From Octopus bimaculoides (Eukaryota), in the NCBI RefSeq assembly GCF_001194135.2, contig NC_068982.1:188757406-188821405 (forward strand): a DNA stretch of 64,000 nucleotides, written 5' to 3'. How positions within the stretch are numbered: position 1 is the stretch's first letter; every line of letters begins with the position of its first letter. Of this stretch, positions 61,528-64,000 are shown piece by piece. Under the pieces are notes generated by a model. That model did no database searches, had not been told where the DNA came from, and was given only the letters and a program-made list of their open reading frames with translations. The translations under genes and the position numbers were made by a program.

Positions 61528-64000
61528 TATATATATATATATATATANNNNNNNNNNNNNNNNNNNNTATATAGGGACAAGCAATGATACACTAAATCCC
61601 ATAGAAGATAAATTAGTTTGTGAAATTCTTTCTATTGGGAGATAGTAAGCTATCACCTAGCGGCAATTGTTTTTTTTCATATACATATAATATCCAGAGA
61701 AAGAATCTGCTCATTTATTGAAACAAGAATAAAAGCTATAAGCTAGGAGAAAGAGCTCAATATTATTAAAGCAGAGTAAATATGAAAAATAAAACAAAAA
61801 GAATGTAATAAATATGAAAGAAGAAAATAATTATTTCTAGAAACTAATTATATGCTATAATTATGAGGCAGTTCATAGAATAGAAAGCAAGTAAAGTGTA
61901 GATTGTCTGAATTAAACTGAAACTATAACTAACCTAGCCACAAATAACTGTAATTGTGTGAACCATTATGACTGCCTCTTCGATTGCAGCTGTCTAATTA
62001 CACATTTATACATTCAGAGCAAAATCTTACATCAGAAGTAAAACACTTTTGCAACCTGTGAATAACTGATTGCCAAAAATTCTTTTTACCAAAATACCAG
62101 ATATTATCAACAAAGCGAAATGAAAAGACAGAAAATACATACAGCAAGTCATCTAAAGCAAACAGCTGCCTCACTTCAGATACTTTCAAACCTTGTTTCA
62201 ATCAACAAAAACATACGTTTTGAAACCAACAGAGAGAAGCAAGGATAACTCCCTTTTCTGGAAAAAAAAAAAAACAATGCCAGACCCTCTCTTACACAAC
62301 CACCTTTCAACTCTATATCTCCCTTTTTTCTCAATAACTCCTCTTATGAATCCCTTCCCTCTTCCCTGCTGTACTCCCCCCATTCCTCTATTTCTCCCTT
62401 TTTACCATCCCTCTCTGTTCTTCTCTCCTTCCTTTACAAGCGTCACTTTAGTCCCTTAGCACTGCAAGTTACGAGGTGATTCTTGCCAGTGCTGGTGCCT
62501 CAAAGATTCCTCTTCCCCCATACACTCTGAAAAATAGCTGGCATTGGAAGGGCATCCATCCATAGTAACCATGCCAAAGCAGAAAATGGAACATGATGTG
62601 ATCCTCCCATTTATCAATCCTCTCCAACCATCCGATGCATACCAGCAAAATTTGATTTCCATTGAGAAAATGAAAATTTCATAATTCTGTATCTATGTAT
62701 TTCTTCATATATGCATTCCACACATTGACTTATAATAAATTGCTCTATAACCACCGATTCATTATAACCTCTTCTTTTATCAACTCCTATTTATATTTCT
62801 CAATTTTAACTCACGAGACATGTAATATAAACAACTTCAAATTCTGGCACAAGGCCAGCAAGTTCAAAGGCAAAAGCTAACCAATTACATTGACCCCNNN
62901 NNNNNNNNNNNNNNNNNNNNNNNNNNNNNNNNNNNNNNNNNNCCAGGAATCAAATGATACTTATTTTATTGATCCCAAAAGAATGAAAGGCAAAACCAAC
63001 TTTGGTAGAATTTGAACTCAGAACATAAAGATTGCTGAAATGCCACTAAGCATTTCCCCCCATATGCTAACCATTCAGCCATCTCGCTACTTTAGTCATG
63101 TAATATATTTACTAATCCACCAAGTTACATGCCACACTTACATTTTCCCTCACCTACCTATCTGTTACCTGTCTCAGTTACATCAACATATTTCTATTTC
63201 TCCTAATTTTTTGGCCTTCTTACAGTTTCACATATCAAACTTCATTTCCCACTCATTCCCTACACATATTTTAATCGCTGTTTATTTTTAATCCTCATTA
63301 ATTTCAGTATATCAGCTGGCAGAAGTTATTTCACTTCCCTCACAAATAACAGTATTTTGTTTAGTTTTCAAAACTTCACATCCCTTCCTGTCAATCCTGA
63401 ATCCCCACCCAATAACGACAGGGAGTTCGTTTGCTTTTCACATTTAAATATTTCCTCTGTTTTTTTCCTTTCATTGCTTTGCTCGTCTTTTCCTAACAAT
63501 TTTCAATTAATGCTTTCATAAACACTGTCTGCAAGTGAAACAGTTTGTGCTCTCGCCTCATATTTTCTTTTAAATCTGTGTATTATACATGCGTGTGTGA
63601 CGACAAGTTTTACTTGGAAAGTTTAAAGGATGGAATGGGGACATGATGGGATTGTTAATCTGGATAAGGGTGTTCTTTAAAAGAAGTGGTAGGTAGGTAC
63701 ATGTGGGAAGTATGCTTTAAAGGGTCTTTAACTAGTTACTGTAGTCCATATCTATAGTAATCTCACTCTCCCCCCTCTCTCTATATAGATACATATCTCT
63801 GACATGTAGCACCTGATATCATCATCGTCGTTTAACGTCCGCTTTCCATGCTAGCATGGGTTGGACGATTTGACTGAGGACTGGTGAGCCAGATGGCTAC
63901 ACCAGGCACCAATCTGATTTGGCAGAGTTTCTACAGCTGGATGCCCTTCCTAACGCCAACCACTCCGAGAGTATGTATATATATATATATATATATATAT

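Noticed and set aside
1-64000. The many 60-200 aa ORFs rich in YI/CV/HT or X
   Set aside because: They are translations of (TA)n, (CA)n, (GAT)n tracts, N gaps and SINE/RTE repeats.

Overview
AT-rich, microsatellite-dense, gapped eukaryotic genomic DNA. The repeat content looks like coleoid cephalopod (Octopus-like) sequence; this is recognition from memory, not a database result. One protein-coding gene is supported: six GT-AG exons on the minus strand (54522-54620, 39530-39591, 25276-25389, 21591-21884, 17784-17912, 8375-8555). They splice in frame into 879 nt encoding the C-terminal 292 aa of an R7-family regulator of G-protein signalling (linker, GGL domain, RGS domain, C-terminal tail). 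I found no DEP/DHEX exons, so they probably lie beyond position 64000. Almost all other ORFs in the track are repeat or microsatellite noise. The introns and flank hold tRNA-derived SINEs, RTE-LINE 3' ends, TTAA-flanked and hAT-type MITEs, mariner relics, an R4/Dong-like LINE relic and a probable Helitron relic. The most interesting observation is a ~240-bp element with a tRNA-like Pol III head and a minimal hammerhead-ribozyme motif that inserts with Penelope-like inverted 5' segments and target-site duplications; a second hammerhead-like repeat family is also present. Other leads are an exon that regenerates its upstream 5' splice site (candidate recursive-splicing exon), a candidate internal promoter and first exon for a DEP-less isoform, and long intronic hairpins that could be ADAR substrates. 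No rRNA, intact tRNA or CRISPR array was seen.
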